NCBI RefSeq assembly: GCF_000008665.1
Contig: NC_000917.1
Coordinates: 900,001-932,000 of the forward strand
Direction: 5' to 3'
Length of the DNA stretch: 32,000 nt
Source of the DNA: Archaeoglobus fulgidus DSM 4304
Lineage (GTDB): Archaea; Halobacteriota; Archaeoglobi; Archaeoglobales; Archaeoglobaceae
Shown here: positions 1-7,983 of the stretch, in pieces
Numbering within the stretch: position 1 is the stretch's first letter
Layout: every line of letters begins with the position of its first letter
Notes under the pieces: generated by a model
Databases searched by the model: none
The model's input: only the letters and a program-made list of their open reading frames with translations
Told to the model about the DNA's origin: nothing
Program-made: the position numbers and the translations under genes

Positions 1-1214
1 TTTTCGATTACTTTTTCCTCCTCAACGTTCACAAGAATGCCGTCCTCCATGACGAGAACACCATCAACAACAGCATGAAGCGCCTGATTTTCGACGTAAA
101 GCATCGCTGCTGGATCGTGCATCGGAGCGTTCCTGCACGTTTTGCTGAAAACAACAATGTCGGCAAGGTATCCCTCCTCGATTCTCCCTCCCTTAAGGTT
201 GTAGGCCCTGTATCCGCCTTCGGTGGCCATCTCAAGCCAGTGCCCAGGTTTCAGAGTCCTGCCTCTCAGGTTCTGAAGCAAAGCACCCACTCTCGCGTCT
301 GAAAGCACACTGAGCATGTTGTTGCTCGCAGCGCCATCCGTGCCTATGCCCACGTTTACACCCATCTCAAGAAGCTCAGAAACTTTTGCTATGCCTGACG
401 AGAGCTTCAGGTTGCTTGTGGGACAGTGTGCGACGCTAACGCCCCTCTCTGCAAGAATTTTCATCTCAGCTTCAGACAGCCAAACCGCGTGAGCCAGAAC
501 GGTGCTGGAGTCGAGAAAGCCTATTGAGTCCAGGAACTCAACGGGCCTTTTTCCGTACCTCTCCCTAACCTCCTTTACCTCCCACAGAGTTTCAGAGACG
601 TGTATGTGCTTCAAAAATCCCTTATCCTTCGAAGCGTCGCTGACCACTTTCAAAAACTCCGGGGAGCATGTGTAGGGGGCGTGAGGAGCCAGCATGGTGG
701 TAACTCTTCCCTCAAAGCCGCCGTTCCACTTCTCCGCAAATTCAAGTCCGATTTCAAGCTCCTTCCTTGCTCTCTCCTCATCACCTCTGTCAGCCATGCC
801 GTAGCCGAGAACTGCCCTCATTCCCGACTCGCCCACAGCCTCAGCGACTGCATCCATGTGTATGTACATGTCCGCAAATGCGGTTACTCCCGATTTCAGC
901 ATTTCAACGCACGCGAGCATGGTTCCCCAGTAAACCGCATCCTCATCCAGCCTTGCCTCAACCTCCCAGACCTTCTCAAGCCACTCCCTGAGCGGCAAGC
1001 CCTCGGCATAACCCCTCAGCAAGGTCATGGCAGCATGAGTGTGAGCGTTGAAGCAGCCGGGCATGACGAGGCAGCCAGCAGCGTCAATCTCTATTTCTCC
1101 CCTCTCAACCTCCTTGGCTACATGGGTGATTCTGTTGCCGTCCACACCAACGCTGCACTCGACAAACTCCCCGTTAATGAAACAAAGGCCGTTTCTGATG
1201 ACAAGATCGTGCAT
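1..1214 (-). CDS. mtaD: Amidohydrolase-superfamily deaminase, 5'-methylthioadenosine/S-adenosylhomocysteine deaminase-like; the 3' end runs off the window start
   Basis: Absent from the ORF track because no stop lies inside the window. My reverse-strand translation from the ATG (complement of 1212-1214) reads MHDLVIRNGLCFINGEFVECSVGVDGNRITHV...CLVMPGCFNAHTHAAMTLLRGYAEGLPLREWL...IGTDGAASNN...GVLVMEDGILVNVEEEKVIE and stays open to position 1. It has the HxH metal motif and a TDGAASNN motif typical of this deaminase branch. The + strand ORF 600..1262 is its antisense shadow. Confidence 0.8.
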   Translation of the reverse strand, partial: MHDLVIRNGLCFINGEFVECSVGVDGNRITHVAKEVERGEIEIDAAGCLVMPGCFNAHTHAAMTLLRGYAEGLPLREWLEKVWEVEARLDEDAVYWGTMLACVEMLKSGVTAFADMYIHMDAVAEAVGESGMRAVLGYGMADRGDEERARKELEIGLEFAEKWNGGFEGRVTTMLAPHAPYTCSPEFLKVVSDASKDKGFLKHIHVSETLWEVKEVRERYGKRPVEFLDSIGFLDSSTVLAHAVWLSEAEMKILAERGVSVAHCPTSNLKLSSGIAKVSELLEMGVNVGIGTDGAASNNMLSVLSDARVGALLQNLRGRTLKPGHWLEMATEGGYRAYNLKGGRIEEGYLADIVVFSKTCRNAPMHDPAAMLYVENQALHAVVDGVLVMEDGILVNVEEEKVIE

Positions 1215-1285
1215 GTAAGGTCCTCAATCTTTAAGATTAATACCTTTCGCGGTAAAGCTTAAAATGCTGAAAATAAACATATTTT

Positions 1286-2062
1286 ATGAATGTTCTCCTC
1301 AGCAGAAAGGACACCATCAGATTCCTCATTCTGTCGGAGCTCATGGTGAATCCCGAATGCAACCAAAGAGATATAGCGAAAAAGCTTGGATTGACCCCTC
1401 AGGCGATTTCGGAGCATTTCAAGGAGATGGTTTCAGAGGGGTTCATCAACGTCGTTCACAAAGGCTACTACGAGGTCACGAGGAAGGGAGAGGAGTGGAT
1501 GTCCAGAAACCTCATCGACCTCCACCTTTTTAGCGAGGAGCTGCTCAAAAAAATTTACTCGAAAACAGTTGTTGCAATCGCCAAGGGAAGAATAGCGGAA
1601 AACGATTCGGTGAGATACTGGTTTGGAGACGGGTACATTTTCGCAGAGAGGAGCGCCAAGGGAAACGGCGTGGCCCTGACTTCTGCTGAAGACGGAGAAG
1701 ACGTCCTGATTAAGCCCACCGGCAGCTTCGAACCACCTGAAAAGGGAGAGATAATCATAGTTAAGGTTCCGGGAGTTGCGGAGGGTGGAAGCAGAAAAGT
1801 TGACCTCGATTCGTTCAGGGAGCTTGTGAAGTCGAGGCCCACGAGCATAGTCGTTGCCATCGGAATAGAGGCGCTCGTTACGTGCAGGAAGATCAGAGTT
1901 GAACCAATCTTCTTTGGAGCGAAGGAAGTCTGCATCGAAGCCGCCCATCACGGGAGTGGAGTTATTGTTGCGTGCACCGAGAGCATGCTGAACGACCTGC
2001 TGAGAAGTTTGATAGACGAGGGGCTTGAGTTTGAAATTAAGGAGTTTGTGAAGGCTACTTGA
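1286..2062 (+). CDS. Putative transcriptional regulator: N-terminal winged-HTH plus an uncharacterised C-terminal domain of about 180 aa
   Basis: 258-aa ORF. The N-terminus IRFLILSELMVNPECNQRDIAKKLGLTPQAISEHFKEMVSEGFINVV has a MarR/ArsR-like wHTH pattern. I do not recognise the remainder. It lies divergent from the mtaD-like gene across a 71-bp A/T-rich spacer. Confidence 0.55.
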   Translation: MNVLLSRKDTIRFLILSELMVNPECNQRDIAKKLGLTPQAISEHFKEMVSEGFINVVHKGYYEVTRKGEEWMSRNLIDLHLFSEELLKKIYSKTVVAIAKGRIAENDSVRYWFGDGYIFAERSAKGNGVALTSAEDGEDVLIKPTGSFEPPEKGEIIIVKVPGVAEGGSRKVDLDSFRELVKSRPTSIVVAIGIEALVTCRKIRVEPIFFGAKEVCIEAAHHGSGVIVACTESMLNDLLRSLIDEGLEFEIKEFVKAT

Positions 2063-2711
2063 GGAAGATTATGTTTCCTCTCCCCTTCTTTACCTTTTCC
2101 ACAATGCCACGGCGCTCAAGGTCTGCGATGATTAAGCTCATCTTCGCCTCGCTGTAACCGAGCTTTTTCCTCAGCTCCTTTTGCGTTATCCTTCCTCCTT
2201 CTCTTTTAATCAGCTCAACAACCTCTGCAAGGTCTTCGGGAAGGTCGTATTCCTCTGGTGTAACTTCCTGCTCCAGAAGCTCAGGTTGTTTTTCTGAGCG
2301 TATCTTTACGATGAAGAGGGCAGCCAGGACAAAACCGGAAACGAGGATGGCTACGATGTAGTAAGGAAACTCCTCCTGTTGGTCAACAACCGGAAAATCG
2401 GGAATCTCCTCAACCTCCTCAAGCGACGGGAACAGAATGAGGTCGAAACGCATGTCGCTTGAAACGGTAACATTTTCGATCGCGTAATATTCCCCTGATC
2501 GTGCGATGATTGTGTAGTTTCCGGGAGTGACGTTGAAGCTGTACTCACCGTTTTCAGCAACCATCCTCTGAACACTGCCATCCCTTACTTCAACAACAGC
2601 ACCGCTCAAAACGTCAAGCGTGTCCCACCTGTAAACCTTCCCGTAAATTTCTACAGCGGAGGTCGTTGAAATCGTGAGTATCAGAAGAACTAAAAGCAAA
2701 GCTCCTTTCAT
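2055..2711 (-). CDS. Membrane-anchored wHTH protein: signal peptide, extracytoplasmic carboxypeptidase-regulatory-like beta-sandwich, one TM helix, cytoplasmic winged-HTH
   Basis: 218 aa. Signal-like N-terminus MKGALLLVLLILTISTTSA. The stretch GKVYRWDTLDVLSGAVVEVRD...ENGEYSFNVTPGNYTIIARSGEY fits the CarboxypepD_reg pattern. TM helix YYIVAILVSGFVLAALFIV. C-terminal wHTH LAEVVELIKREGGRITQKELRKKLGYSEAKMSLIIADLERRGIVEKV. Its start overlaps the nadE stop as ATGA (2708-2711). Confidence 0.65.
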   Translation of the reverse strand: MKGALLLVLLILTISTTSAVEIYGKVYRWDTLDVLSGAVVEVRDGSVQRMVAENGEYSFNVTPGNYTIIARSGEYYAIENVTVSSDMRFDLILFPSLEEVEEIPDFPVVDQQEEFPYYIVAILVSGFVLAALFIVKIRSEKQPELLEQEVTPEEYDLPEDLAEVVELIKREGGRITQKELRKKLGYSEAKMSLIIADLERRGIVEKVKKGRGNIIFLK

Positions 2712-3451
2712 AGCAAATCTCTCACCCTTGCTACGGGAGGCATCTCCCTCTTGTGCCTCGACCTCTCAACCATCTGCACAACTCTCCTGAACTTCTCATC
2801 GTCTCTCCTCTCCCCCTTCTCGATCAGCTTTAAGATTTCGTCAAGCTCGGCGTAGCTTATTCCCATCTCCTCCTCATCGGTCTGGCCAGGCCACAGCCTT
2901 GCAGAAGGCTTCTTCTCGATTATTCTCCTTGGAACTCCGAGATAGGCGGCAAGCTGAAATACCTCGGTCTTGTAGAGATCTCCTATTGGCAGGAAATCCA
3001 CTCCGCCATCCCCGTATTTGGTAAAGTACCCCACCATTAGCTCGCTTTTGTTTCCGGTCCCCGCAACAAGCCTGTTCATGCTGTTGGCATGATAGTAGTT
3101 GAGCACCATTCTTATCCTCGGCTTTAAATTCGCCTCCGCGATCTTGCTTCCCTCTCCGGCCTTTTCTTTGAAAACTCTAACGATGTCATTGATTTCAATC
3201 AGCTTGTATTCCATTCCGAGGCTCTCCGCGACATTTATCGCATCCTCAACATCCTGCTCAGGAGTCACTCCAGTCTCAGGCATGATGAGCGCAAAAACTC
3301 TCTCGCTCCCAAGAGCCCTCACGCAGAGATAAGCAACGGTTGCGCTGTCGACACCACCACTCAATCCCAGAACAACTCCCGTTGAACCTGATGATGAAAC
3401 AACACCCCTTATGAAATCACAAATTCTCTCAACGACCTTCTCAAAGTTCAT
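2708..3451 (-). CDS. nadE: NH3-dependent NAD+ synthetase
   Basis: 247 aa. PP-loop motif GLSGGVDSATVAYL. The length and the C-terminal ...GQTDEEEMGISYAELDEIL pattern are typical of NadE. Confidence 0.9.
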   Translation of the reverse strand: MNFEKVVERICDFIRGVVSSSGSTGVVLGLSGGVDSATVAYLCVRALGSERVFALIMPETGVTPEQDVEDAINVAESLGMEYKLIEINDIVRVFKEKAGEGSKIAEANLKPRIRMVLNYYHANSMNRLVAGTGNKSELMVGYFTKYGDGGVDFLPIGDLYKTEVFQLAAYLGVPRRIIEKKPSARLWPGQTDEEEMGISYAELDEILKLIEKGERRDDEKFRRVVQMVERSRHKREMPPVARVRDLL

Positions 3452-3508
3452 GGAAAGCTGTAGGGGAGTGGGGATTAAAATCTTTTTACCAGTTAAAAAA
3501 TAAAGGGG

Positions 3509-4093
3509 TTAGCTTCCGTAGGAGAACTGGCAAACCTTCCCATCCGGCTGGAATAGCGAGGGGTTGTAATCAACAGTTTCAACCTCATACTCCCAGACGT
3601 TTCCCTGTGAGGCGAAGGTAGATTTGAAGGCATCTTCAACTGGCTCATCTCCTATGTTGCTTTCAGACTGGGAGATCGTAGAGGTTTGAGTAATAACAAT
3701 CCAGTCACATCCCTGAGCTTCCATTTTCTCACTTTTCATGTACATTGTTTGAGTAAGCGTGGTACCGGAATACTTATTCTTGATTATCGCCGTCATTTTT
3801 CCCATTCCTCCCTGCTCTCCCTCATACCTTAGCAAGGTTTCCTTATTTGGCATATCGAAGTAGTACCAGAATTCGACCGTTGTCGTCTCTCCCTGTAAAG
3901 TAACCTTCGCAGTCCCGTGCACCATTTTTTTGCTGTTGTAAAGGTCAGACAGGGTCTCAATCCCCTTTGATTCTGCCACCGTAGTTGTGGTCTTTTGCTC
4001 CGAGGGTTTTTGTTCCTGCTCACCCTGACCCCCGCAACCTGCTAGCAATGCTGCGAGGGCAACTATAACGAAGAACGCCACAAACTTCCTCAT
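3509..4093 (-). CDS. Hypothetical lipoprotein
   Basis: 194 aa. Signal peptide with lipobox-like LLAGC (MRKFVAFFVIVALAALLAGCGG), followed by a Thr/Gln-rich linker and a beta-rich domain. A TATA-like ctttatatac lies about 25 nt upstream of the start. Confidence 0.6.
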   Translation of the reverse strand: MRKFVAFFVIVALAALLAGCGGQGEQEQKPSEQKTTTTVAESKGIETLSDLYNSKKMVHGTAKVTLQGETTTVEFWYYFDMPNKETLLRYEGEQGGMGKMTAIIKNKYSGTTLTQTMYMKSEKMEAQGCDWIVITQTSTISQSESNIGDEPVEDAFKSTFASQGNVWEYEVETVDYNPSLFQPDGKVCQFSYGS

Positions 4094-4162
4094 AATTTTT
4101 GTTGATAAAGATGTATATAAAGCTTTGTAAAAAATTTTTCAACTAAGCCAAATTGCCAGAAA

Positions 4163-4618
4163 TCAAACCACAATCTCGGGTCTGACAGCCCACAGCAACC
4201 TCCACTTCCTTTCCTCCCTCTCAAGACATACCACACCGCCGAAAGTGAAGGCGACGGCATCCAAATCGGGATTTCCGGAAAGTAGGTAGTTGGCAAGCCT
4301 GGACAGGTGGGGAAGGTGGCCCACGAGCATTACGTCTTCATCAAGCTTCTCAAGTCTTTCAGCCCATATGCCGATGTCCGCAAGGGGATCGAGGCCTTCG
4401 GCCATCTTCGCCTCCACACCCAAATGCTTTGCCACAATTTCAGCCGTCTGCTCCGCTCTTCTCTTCCCGCTGTGGTATATCCTCTCAACCCTTATTCCCG
4501 CCTTCTCGAGAAACGCCGCAACTCTTTCAACCTCCTTAACACCCTCCTCGGAAAGATTTCTCTCCGGATCCACCTCCTTCGGCTTAGCCTTTCCGTGCTG
4601 CATGAGGTAAAGTCTCAT
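4163..4618 (-). CDS. sixA: Histidine-phosphatase superfamily protein, SixA-like phosphohistidine phosphatase
   Basis: 151 aa. MRLYLMQHGKA...SGKRRAEQTAE...VGHLPHL aligns by eye with the SixA landmarks (RHG box, RAxQT, HLP). The RHG box reads QHG here. Confidence 0.65.
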   Translation of the reverse strand: MRLYLMQHGKAKPKEVDPERNLSEEGVKEVERVAAFLEKAGIRVERIYHSGKRRAEQTAEIVAKHLGVEAKMAEGLDPLADIGIWAERLEKLDEDVMLVGHLPHLSRLANYLLSGNPDLDAVAFTFGGVVCLEREERKWRLLWAVRPEIVV

Positions 4619-4693
4619 ATTTAATACTCAGCATTTTTCCTAATAAGCATTCCCCAACGCAAAGAAGATAAGAAGGTACCGCAATTGACATTC

Positions 4694-5329
4694 ATGGACT
4701 TGCTGAGAACAGAGTTTGACATACAGCACCACCTCGTGCTGTCGAGGAAGGATACACTGCACCACGCACTGATAAGGATGATAGTCTCAACCCTCTCAAC
4801 GCCGGAGGAGCTAACCAACCTGAGAAAGAAGGACTTCAGGTTCAATAAGGGCAAGAACTTGGACTACTACACCGTAAAGCTAAGTGAAGGAGGTAGAAGC
4901 AGGATATCCCCCGTCGACAAAAGGACTTTCGAGATAATTCAGACGATGCCTTCCCAGCCATTCAGGATGAGTGAGGAGGAAATGAACGAGATTGTGAGAA
5001 GTTACAGCCCTCCGGGGAGAATTTACACCTGCAAAAAGCTCAGAGAAGCTGTAGAATCGATTCTTTCCGACTCTGATTTGTTTGGAGTAAAGCTGAGGAA
5101 TGACGAAGAGAGGTATGCGTTCATGCTGGATTTCAACCCGCTTTACAGCGGTCTCTGGGACCTTGAGGATGAGGAGGGTGTTGAGGACTTCATCCTGAGC
5201 TACTCCGAGGTAACAGGGTCAAGGGACTGGAGAAAAATTTCCGATGAAACAGGGATAGAGGCCGAGATTGTGAAAAAGGTGATTGAAAGCGGGAAAAAAA
5301 GCATTTTAAGGTTTAGGGCAGATTTTTGA
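4694..5329 (+). CDS. Hypothetical protein; possibly a degenerate tyrosine-recombinase-like fold with a C-terminal HTH-like segment
   Basis: The ORF opens at TTG 4685; the first ATG is at 4694 (MDLLRTEF...). See the finding for the by-eye resemblance to integrase catalytic-domain landmarks. The C-terminus RDWRKISDETGIEAEIVKKVIESG looks HTH-like. Confidence 0.5.
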   Translation: MDLLRTEFDIQHHLVLSRKDTLHHALIRMIVSTLSTPEELTNLRKKDFRFNKGKNLDYYTVKLSEGGRSRISPVDKRTFEIIQTMPSQPFRMSEEEMNEIVRSYSPPGRIYTCKKLREAVESILSDSDLFGVKLRNDEERYAFMLDFNPLYSGLWDLEDEEGVEDFILSYSEVTGSRDWRKISDETGIEAEIVKKVIESGKKSILRFRADF

Positions 5330-5330
5330 T

Positions 5331-6899
5331 TCATCGTTTAATTTTTAGCCTCAATACTGCGAGCGCTATTACCGCGATGGCCGCTATCAATGGCACCAAA
5401 TATCTCTCATACCACGCCCTCTCCGTAACCACTACGTAGCCGTAAGCAACGCCCGAAACTTCCCTTCCAGCCCCGTTCTCTGCCTTCCATGAGAGACTGA
5501 GCCTGTATTCGTTTCCCGCAATAACATCCTCATCAACGTCAACGCTGAAGCTTATGTTGAAAGCTTTCCCCGCTTCAACAACCTCAGCAAAGGCTTCGGG
5601 CATCTTAACCCTTATTCCGGGGCTTGGAATTAGCTTGAAGTGCACGTCTTCAGCTTTTCCACCAGCGTTCAGCAGCTGGAAGGTCACAACGTTTTCGCCG
5701 TGGTAAACCACCGGCTTTGAAATTACCACGAAGTAGGGGTCGTTTTCGAGGTAAAGCTGAATCTTTCTGCTCTCCTCGACTCTTTCAACCCTCTCAGCCT
5801 GCAGTTGGTAGCTCACCTTAACATCCCACTCCTTCTCTCCAGCTTTTGCGTCGTCATCGAGAGAGTAGGGGACGGAGAACTTCACGATACCCCCAGCGGA
5901 AAGAGTTCCAATGGCAATCTCGCTCCTTTTAATCTCAAACTCCTCTGGAGCCTCAAAAGAGAGCCTCAGGTTGGTGATTGGGCTTAGATGGGCGTTCATC
6001 ACGGAGAACTCCACCACACCTTCTCCTCTGCTCAGCCTCGGATTCTCGGTAATTACAAAAACATCGGCTTCGAGCTTCTTAACCTGAACTTCGAACTGAA
6101 AGCTCTCCTCAGCCTCGATTAGCTTCCCCGCATCGATGTAGCTGTACTCAGCCTTAATCGAAAACGATCCGTTCCCACCTTTAACGCTGAACGAAATCTG
6201 CTGAGACTGGGATGGCTGGAGGGCTGGGATGTAGTGCTGTGCCGGAACAGCATCTTCAAAGCCCTCAGCCTTCAGAACCACGCTTCTAACCTCACTCAGC
6301 CCCGTGTTTGCTACGATGAAAGAAAGCCTGCTGAACTCCCCGGCGTAAACCTCAGGAGTTAGCAGAAAAACCCGCAGCTCAGGCTTTGCCTCCTCAAGAA
6401 CCTCGACTTTAATCTCTATGGTCTCGCTTTCCTCTGCGTAGTCGTATTTTGCCGTGTAATTGTTTCCATCCCACTCCACATCAACGCTCTCAACTCTCTC
6501 GTAGTTCACCTTCAGCTTAACCAGCCCCTCCCCTCTGTAATCTGCAGGAACAGAAACCAGAAAGCTGAGCTTTACGCTTGCAGATGGCGGCAGCGACTGA
6601 AGATACACTTTGTCGCTTTTCACGTCAAAAACGTCGCTCTCCAGCCATATTTCGAGGTCGTAAGCCGTAAGCGTCGCGTTCTGTATCAGCTGCCTCTCCA
6701 GATCCCCGCCGTAAACGTTCTCCGGCTTGGCTGTGTTGACAACCACAACCTGCAGCTCGTTAACCTGCCCGGCTTTCGGTATGGTGTTCAGCGGATAGGC
6801 GGTTAATTCCGGCTCATCCTTTGCCTCGACAGCCTGCGCAGCCTGAACTGTCAGCAGGAGCAGAAAAAGCACAAAAAGCTTTCTAAGCATGCGAACCAC
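5331..6899 (-). CDS. Secreted, C-terminally membrane-anchored protein with about 4 CARDB/S-layer-like beta-sandwich repeats (COG1361-like)
   Basis: 522 aa. Signal peptide MLRKLFVLFLLLLTVQAAQA. The start is either GTG 6899 or ATG 6890. There are four segments of about 100-120 aa, each with the pattern 'short strand - xVxNxG/A - ... - SFxVxV - ... - Y' (e.g. LSFIVANTGLSEVRSVVLKAEG..., VTFQLLNAGGKAEDVHFKL...). C-terminal TM helix LVPLIAAIAVIALAVL followed by RLKIKR. It overlaps the stop of the upstream permease gene. Confidence 0.7.
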   Translation of the reverse strand: MVRMLRKLFVLFLLLLTVQAAQAVEAKDEPELTAYPLNTIPKAGQVNELQVVVVNTAKPENVYGGDLERQLIQNATLTAYDLEIWLESDVFDVKSDKVYLQSLPPSASVKLSFLVSVPADYRGEGLVKLKVNYERVESVDVEWDGNNYTAKYDYAEESETIEIKVEVLEEAKPELRVFLLTPEVYAGEFSRLSFIVANTGLSEVRSVVLKAEGFEDAVPAQHYIPALQPSQSQQISFSVKGGNGSFSIKAEYSYIDAGKLIEAEESFQFEVQVKKLEADVFVITENPRLSRGEGVVEFSVMNAHLSPITNLRLSFEAPEEFEIKRSEIAIGTLSAGGIVKFSVPYSLDDDAKAGEKEWDVKVSYQLQAERVERVEESRKIQLYLENDPYFVVISKPVVYHGENVVTFQLLNAGGKAEDVHFKLIPSPGIRVKMPEAFAEVVEAGKAFNISFSVDVDEDVIAGNEYRLSLSWKAENGAGREVSGVAYGYVVVTERAWYERYLVPLIAAIAVIALAVLRLKIKR

Positions 6900-7983
6900 C
6901 TCCCATAACCTTTCTCAAAACCGTAATGGCTGCTAAAACACTAATGAGCGTGTAAAGGCAGAGAACGGCAATCTGCGGGTAAACCACCTCTATTCCATTC
7001 CCCTTTACCATAATCTCCCTGAAGGCTATGTTTGCGTAGGTCAGGGGAATGAAGTAGGAGACGAGCCTCGCACCCTCGGGCATGCTTTCGAGGGGGTAGA
7101 AGAAGCCCGAAAGGAATATGCTCACGAGAGCGAAGAGCATTGAGCCCTGAATGCCCTGAAGCTGCGTCTGAGAGACAGCTGAGATCGTCAGACCAACGCC
7201 AATGGTTCCGGTCAGAAAGAGGAGCATTGTTGAGATTAGCAGCAGCATGCTTCCCCTGACCTCAACATCGAAGGCGTAGTGGGCTATGGCTATGACTATG
7301 AAGACGTCAGCGGTGATGAGTGCAGTAATCGCCAGAAACTTGCCCATTATCATGTCGAAGCTCGTCATCGGAGTGGAGAAAACGAGCTCAAGTGTCCCCT
7401 CCTCCTTCTCCCTCGCTATGGAGCTCGATGAAAGGATTATGGCCAGCATCTGGGTTACCACACCTATTATTGCAGGTGCAACAAAATCAATCAGCCTCGA
7501 CTTTGTCGTGAAAACGAACCTCTGCTCCACCGCGATACCACCTCGATGCTCCATTGAAAGCAGCGATGCAATTTTTTCGATGCCGTTCAGCACCGCAGCG
7601 ACCACGTTGTAGTTCGATTCGTCTGCATAAACCTCAACACTCGCCTTTCCCGCTGCGAAATCACTCTGAAAGCCTTCGGGGATGTAAACGCCCGCGTGAA
7701 CTCTGCCGAGCCTGATGAGCTCGATTAGCTCACTCCTTGTCGAGACGAAATAAGCGAGATCGAATGTATCACCGCCCTGCATCGCCGAAATCAGCGAGGA
7801 GGACAGCTCGCTGGAATCATCATCAACCACCGCAATCCTGACGTTCTTCACCTCCCCGCTGAAGGCGTAGCCAAAAAGGGAGACGAGGATTATGGGCTGG
7901 AGGATGAGGATGGCAAGCAGCCTTCTCTCCCTGAAAACGACCTTAAGCTCCTTCAGAAAGACCGCGTAAACCTTTTCAAGCAT
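6883..7983 (-). CDS. ABC-2 type transporter permease
   Basis: 366 aa. One N-terminal TM helix (LLAILILQPIILVSLFGYAF), an extracytoplasmic domain of about 150 aa, then about 5 C-terminal TM helices. It overlaps the upstream ATPase gene by 8 nt. Confidence 0.8.
   Translation of the reverse strand: MLEKVYAVFLKELKVVFRERRLLAILILQPIILVSLFGYAFSGEVKNVRIAVVDDDSSELSSSLISAMQGGDTFDLAYFVSTRSELIELIRLGRVHAGVYIPEGFQSDFAAGKASVEVYADESNYNVVAAVLNGIEKIASLLSMEHRGGIAVEQRFVFTTKSRLIDFVAPAIIGVVTQMLAIILSSSSIAREKEEGTLELVFSTPMTSFDMIMGKFLAITALITADVFIVIAIAHYAFDVEVRGSMLLLISTMLLFLTGTIGVGLTISAVSQTQLQGIQGSMLFALVSIFLSGFFYPLESMPEGARLVSYFIPLTYANIAFREIMVKGNGIEVVYPQIAVLCLYTLISVLAAITVLRKVMGGGSHA

Noticed and set aside
600-1262. A 220-aa + strand ORF (and nested 767..991) at the left end of the window
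   Set aside because: It lies entirely antisense to the well-supported MtaD-like gene that I translated on the minus strand. Its sequence is low-complexity (Ser/Pro/Leu/His-rich) with no motifs. This is a typical shadow ORF.
4163-4618. The RHG catalytic box of the SixA-like phosphatase reads QHG (LMQHGKA), suggesting a possible inactive enzyme
   Set aside because: As far as I recall, a sizeable SixA-like subfamily naturally carries LxQHG(E/K)A. The catalytic His and the downstream RAxQT and HLP landmarks are intact. This is probably a subfamily trait, not decay.
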